Positions 61,353 through 64,000 of a stretch of 64,000 nucleotides of DNA are shown here, one piece after another. A model generated the notes under the pieces. The model was not told where the DNA came from and ran no database searches. It saw nothing but the letters and a program-made list of their open reading frames with translations. The DNA is from an uncultured bacterium (lineage in GTDB: Bacteria > Krumholzibacteriota > Krumholzibacteriia > LZORAL124-64-63): assembly GCA_963727525.1 (NCBI GenBank), contig CAVSGO010000004.1:1-64000 (forward strand), given 5' to 3'. Position 1 is the stretch's first letter. Each line of letters begins with the position of its first letter. The translations under genes and the position numbers were made by a program.

Positions 61353-61946
61353 TCAGACCGCGTGCTTGGCCAGATACTCCGCCACACCCTCGGCGGTGGG
61401 CTTCATGGCCTCGTCGCCCGCGCGCCAGTTGGCCGGGCAGACCTCGCCGTTCGTCTCGGTGTACTGCAGGGCGTCGAGCATGCGCAGGGCCTCGTCGACG
61501 TTGCGACCCAGCGACAGGTCGTTCACCACGGCGTGACGCACTACACCATCCTTGTCGAGCAAGAAGAGGCCGCGCAGCGCCACCGCGTCGTTCAACAGCA
61601 CGCCATAGTCGCGCGAGATCTGCTTGGTGATGTCGGCGACCATGGGGAACCGGACCTGGCCGATCCCGCCATTCTCCACGGGGGTGTTCTTCCAGGCCCA
61701 GTGGGTGAATTCGGAGTCGACGGACACGCCCACGACCTCGCAGTTCCTGGCCTGGAACTTCGGCAGTGCCTTGTCGAACGCCACGATCTCGCTCGGGCAC
61801 ACGAACGTGAAATCGAGAGGCCAGAAGAAGAGCACGGTGTATTTGCCGCGTAGGTCGGACAGCGTGAAATCGGCCTTGAAGGTGTTGTTCGGCATCACGG
61901 CCGTGGCCGTGAAATCGGGCGCCGGCTTGGACACGAGGAAGCTCAT
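61353..61946 (-). CDS. ahpC: 2-Cys peroxiredoxin
   Basis: PLDFTFVCPSE, GRNVDE.LR, GEVCPANW. Confidence 0.93.
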   Translation of the reverse strand: MSFLVSKPAPDFTATAVMPNNTFKADFTLSDLRGKYTVLFFWPLDFTFVCPSEIVAFDKALPKFQARNCEVVGVSVDSEFTHWAWKNTPVENGGIGQVRFPMVADITKQISRDYGVLLNDAVALRGLFLLDKDGVVRHAVVNDLSLGRNVDEALRMLDALQYTETNGEVCPANWRAGDEAMKPTAEGVAEYLAKHAV

Positions 61947-62146
61947 GCAGGGACCTCCGGGATTGCTGCGATCGTGGACGGTTCCAGGCGATTGGCGGGG
62001 CAAAGAAATAGCTGCCGGTCGGATTCCGCAACCAGGAATCGATCGCGACAATACGGGCACGTGCCCTGGAAGATGAGGGAGTAGCCGGAGATCGTGTCGC
62101 GTTGCCGGGGCGATGGCGGTTTCCGGAGGTGTCAACTCGGCCACTG

Positions 62147-62184
62147 AAAAGCCGAGGTCCCGGCCGGGCGGCCAGGACCTCGGT
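62147..62184 (-). terminator. Terminator of the porin gene
   Basis: GCCGAGGTCC..GGCC / GGCC.GGACCTCGGT stem followed by TTTT on the minus strand. Confidence 0.7.
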
Positions 62185-62202
62185 GCGGTGCTGTGTCGTG
62201 GC

Positions 62203-63420
62203 CTAGTAGTTCGTGAAGAATCCGATCACGAACGAGTTGACCGTGTCCTCGACCGGGTCCCCGTCGGTGTTGTAGGTGAGCGGCGTGTCGGACTTGAACT
62301 GCTCGAAGCCGACCTTGATGTTGGCGTTCTGGCCTTCCATGTAGTAGCTCAGACCGACGCGGAACGTCTTGTAGCTGCCAAAGTCGCCCGTCGCGTCGCT
62401 GCTGAACTTCTCGTACTCGACCCAGGGCTGGAAGCCACTGTTCAGGTAGTAGCCGGCCTGGCCGTAGAAGCCAGTGCCCTGCCCGTTCATGAACGAGAAC
62501 ATGTCGTTGAAATCGGACTTCGACCAGCCACCCTCGACCGTGATGGCGTCGCCATTGGTCATGGGGTACTCGAGGAAGCCGTCGGCCGTGATCAACGTGT
62601 AGTCCACGAGCATCGGGGTCGGGTCCGTGGCGCTGGTCGCACTCACGCCGACTTCCTTCTGGGTGTCGTAGCTGACGCCGATGCCCAGCGTCTTCTTCTT
62701 GCCCAGGTAGGTCGAGCTGTTGTAGTACCCGCCCTCAGCGTCCCACAGGTTGTACTGCACGCGCGCGGCGAAACGGTCCTTGTTGCTGTCCTTGTTGATG
62801 GCGCTAGTCGATGCCTGCACGCCGTTGTACATGCCGGCGTAGTACTTCAGGTGACCGTTCCCGCCCACGTCACCGGAGCCGAAGAACGTCACGCCCTGAT
62901 CACGCACGGCATCGACGCTCGTCGACAAGGGAACCATGGAATTCGGGAACGTCGCATTCGTGAAGACGCCCGTGGCCTTGGCGCCCCAGGTCAGAGCCTT
63001 GTAGCACAGACCCGGGCGGTCGATGGCCATCAGAGCACCCGACGACGTCAGGTTCTGGCGGTTCGACGGGGCCATATTGCGGCCCATGATGATCTGGAAC
63101 CAGGGGTCGACCTTGTAGTCCACCCATGCGTCGATCATGTTGACGGTCTTGCCCGAGTGATCCGTCTGGAGGAAGATGCTCCACTTGTCACCGATGTTGG
63201 CGCCAAGACGGATCCGAGCGCGCCGGGTCTTCCAGTAATGGACCGAATCCCAGCTGCCGTCGTTGTTGAGGTCATCCTGCGTCATGACCCCGATCGTCTG
63301 GACCCGGAATCCCAGATCGATCGTGTCCGTATCATTGATCTTCAGCTTGGCGCCCGCGAAGGCGCTACTGGCCATGAACGCCGCCATGACCAGGACGAGA
63401 GTGAACAACTTCTTACTCAA
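62203..63420 (-). CDS. Outer-membrane porin, phosphate-selective OprO/P / ExtI-like
   Basis: Signal peptide; RRARIRL.A, DAWVDY, RQNLTSSG....DR, RDQG, TYLGKKK; AAGGAGG RBS, TTG start; downstream of phoU. Confidence 0.7.
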   Translation of the reverse strand: MSKKLFTLVLVMAAFMASSAFAGAKLKINDTDTIDLGFRVQTIGVMTQDDLNNDGSWDSVHYWKTRRARIRLGANIGDKWSIFLQTDHSGKTVNMIDAWVDYKVDPWFQIIMGRNMAPSNRQNLTSSGALMAIDRPGLCYKALTWGAKATGVFTNATFPNSMVPLSTSVDAVRDQGVTFFGSGDVGGNGHLKYYAGMYNGVQASTSAINKDSNKDRFAARVQYNLWDAEGGYYNSSTYLGKKKTLGIGVSYDTQKEVGVSATSATDPTPMLVDYTLITADGFLEYPMTNGDAITVEGGWSKSDFNDMFSFMNGQGTGFYGQAGYYLNSGFQPWVEYEKFSSDATGDFGSYKTFRVGLSYYMEGQNANIKVGFEQFKSDTPLTYNTDGDPVEDTVNSFVIGFFTNY

Positions 63421-63517
63421 CTCGGACCTCCTTGCTCCTCAGGGGTTCGTTCCCGGGGCGCGGGTAAGCGTCCCGGAAACATCGGTGTCCCCGGTGGGGA
63501 CGTCATGCTGCACCCGT

Positions 63518-64000
63518 TTACGGGTGGCGTCCGTGACGGACAATCTCGCCATCCACGAGGTAGATGGCGTCTTCAGCGATGTTTGTCGCGAGGTCGGCGA
63601 CCCGTTCGATGTGCTTGGCAACCTGCATCAACGCCAGCTGGTCGTTCATCTCGACGACGGACTCGCGCATACGCTTGCGTGCCTCGGTGATCAGGTCGTG
63701 GAATTCCTGGTCGACTTCCTCGTCGGCTGCCAGGACCTCCCGGGCGAGAGAGGCGTTCATGTTGACGACTGCATCCAGGCTCTGGCGCAGCATGGCCTGC
63801 GCCTTGGCCGCCATTTTGGGTAATCTTGCCCTGCTGTCAACATCTTCTTTACCGGCCAGACCGCGAGTGTGATCGGCGATGTTCACTGCCAGGTCACCGA
63901 TGCGCTCCAGGTCGTTGTTGATCTTCAACATGGCGATGATGAAGCGGAGATCCACGGCCACCGGCTGGTAGAGCGCCAGGACCTTGAGACAATCCTCCTC
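63518..64000 (-). CDS. phoU: Phosphate signalling protein PhoU (5' end beyond window)
   Basis: LALYQPVAVDLRF...KINNDLERIGD.A.NI; D.EVD; ERVADLATNIAE..IY.V.G..VRH. Confidence 0.95.
   Translation of the reverse strand, partial: EEDCLKVLALYQPVAVDLRFIIAMLKINNDLERIGDLAVNIADHTRGLAGKEDVDSRARLPKMAAKAQAMLRQSLDAVVNMNASLAREVLAADEEVDQEFHDLITEARKRMRESVVEMNDQLALMQVAKHIERVADLATNIAEDAIYLVDGEIVRHGRHP

Overview
High-GC bacterial chromosomal window with about 55 genes. I saw no mobile element, CRISPR array, rRNA or tRNA. Three large secreted proteins end in a clear FlgD-Ig/T9SS-CTD-like tail (NPFNPxTT...GxY...RxMxxxK) and a fourth in a degenerate one, a style suggesting an FCB-superphylum candidate lineage such as Krumholzibacteriota/Latescibacterota (inference). 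Contents in order: giant FG-GAP/Ig-repeat adhesin with five near-identical 573-bp repeats plus dockerin- and cohesin-like modules; MenA-like prenyltransferase; GT4; SMUG1-type UDG; YitT; orphan HydF; convergent YcbK and L,D-transpeptidase; M14 peptidase; a dockerin-only microprotein; stand-alone trpB with a Trp-Trp leader-peptide attenuator; an apparently catalytically dead GH57 protein; PpsR; LysE; M48; ECF sigma/anti-sigma pair; S8 protease; pstSCAB; homoisocitrate-DH-like enzyme; 5'-nucleotidase; menG; parvulin; trmJ; rlmD; NlpC; a sigma54-type che operon converging on a sigma28-type cheY/cheX-like operon; thiI; an internally deleted pgi; a beta-barrel-SppA fusion; ahpC; porin; phoU. Best candidate novel system: a dockerin/cohesin/CTD surface-assembly network, possibly linked to the PorV/FadL-like barrel-SppA fusion. 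All family calls are from motif recognition, not database searches.
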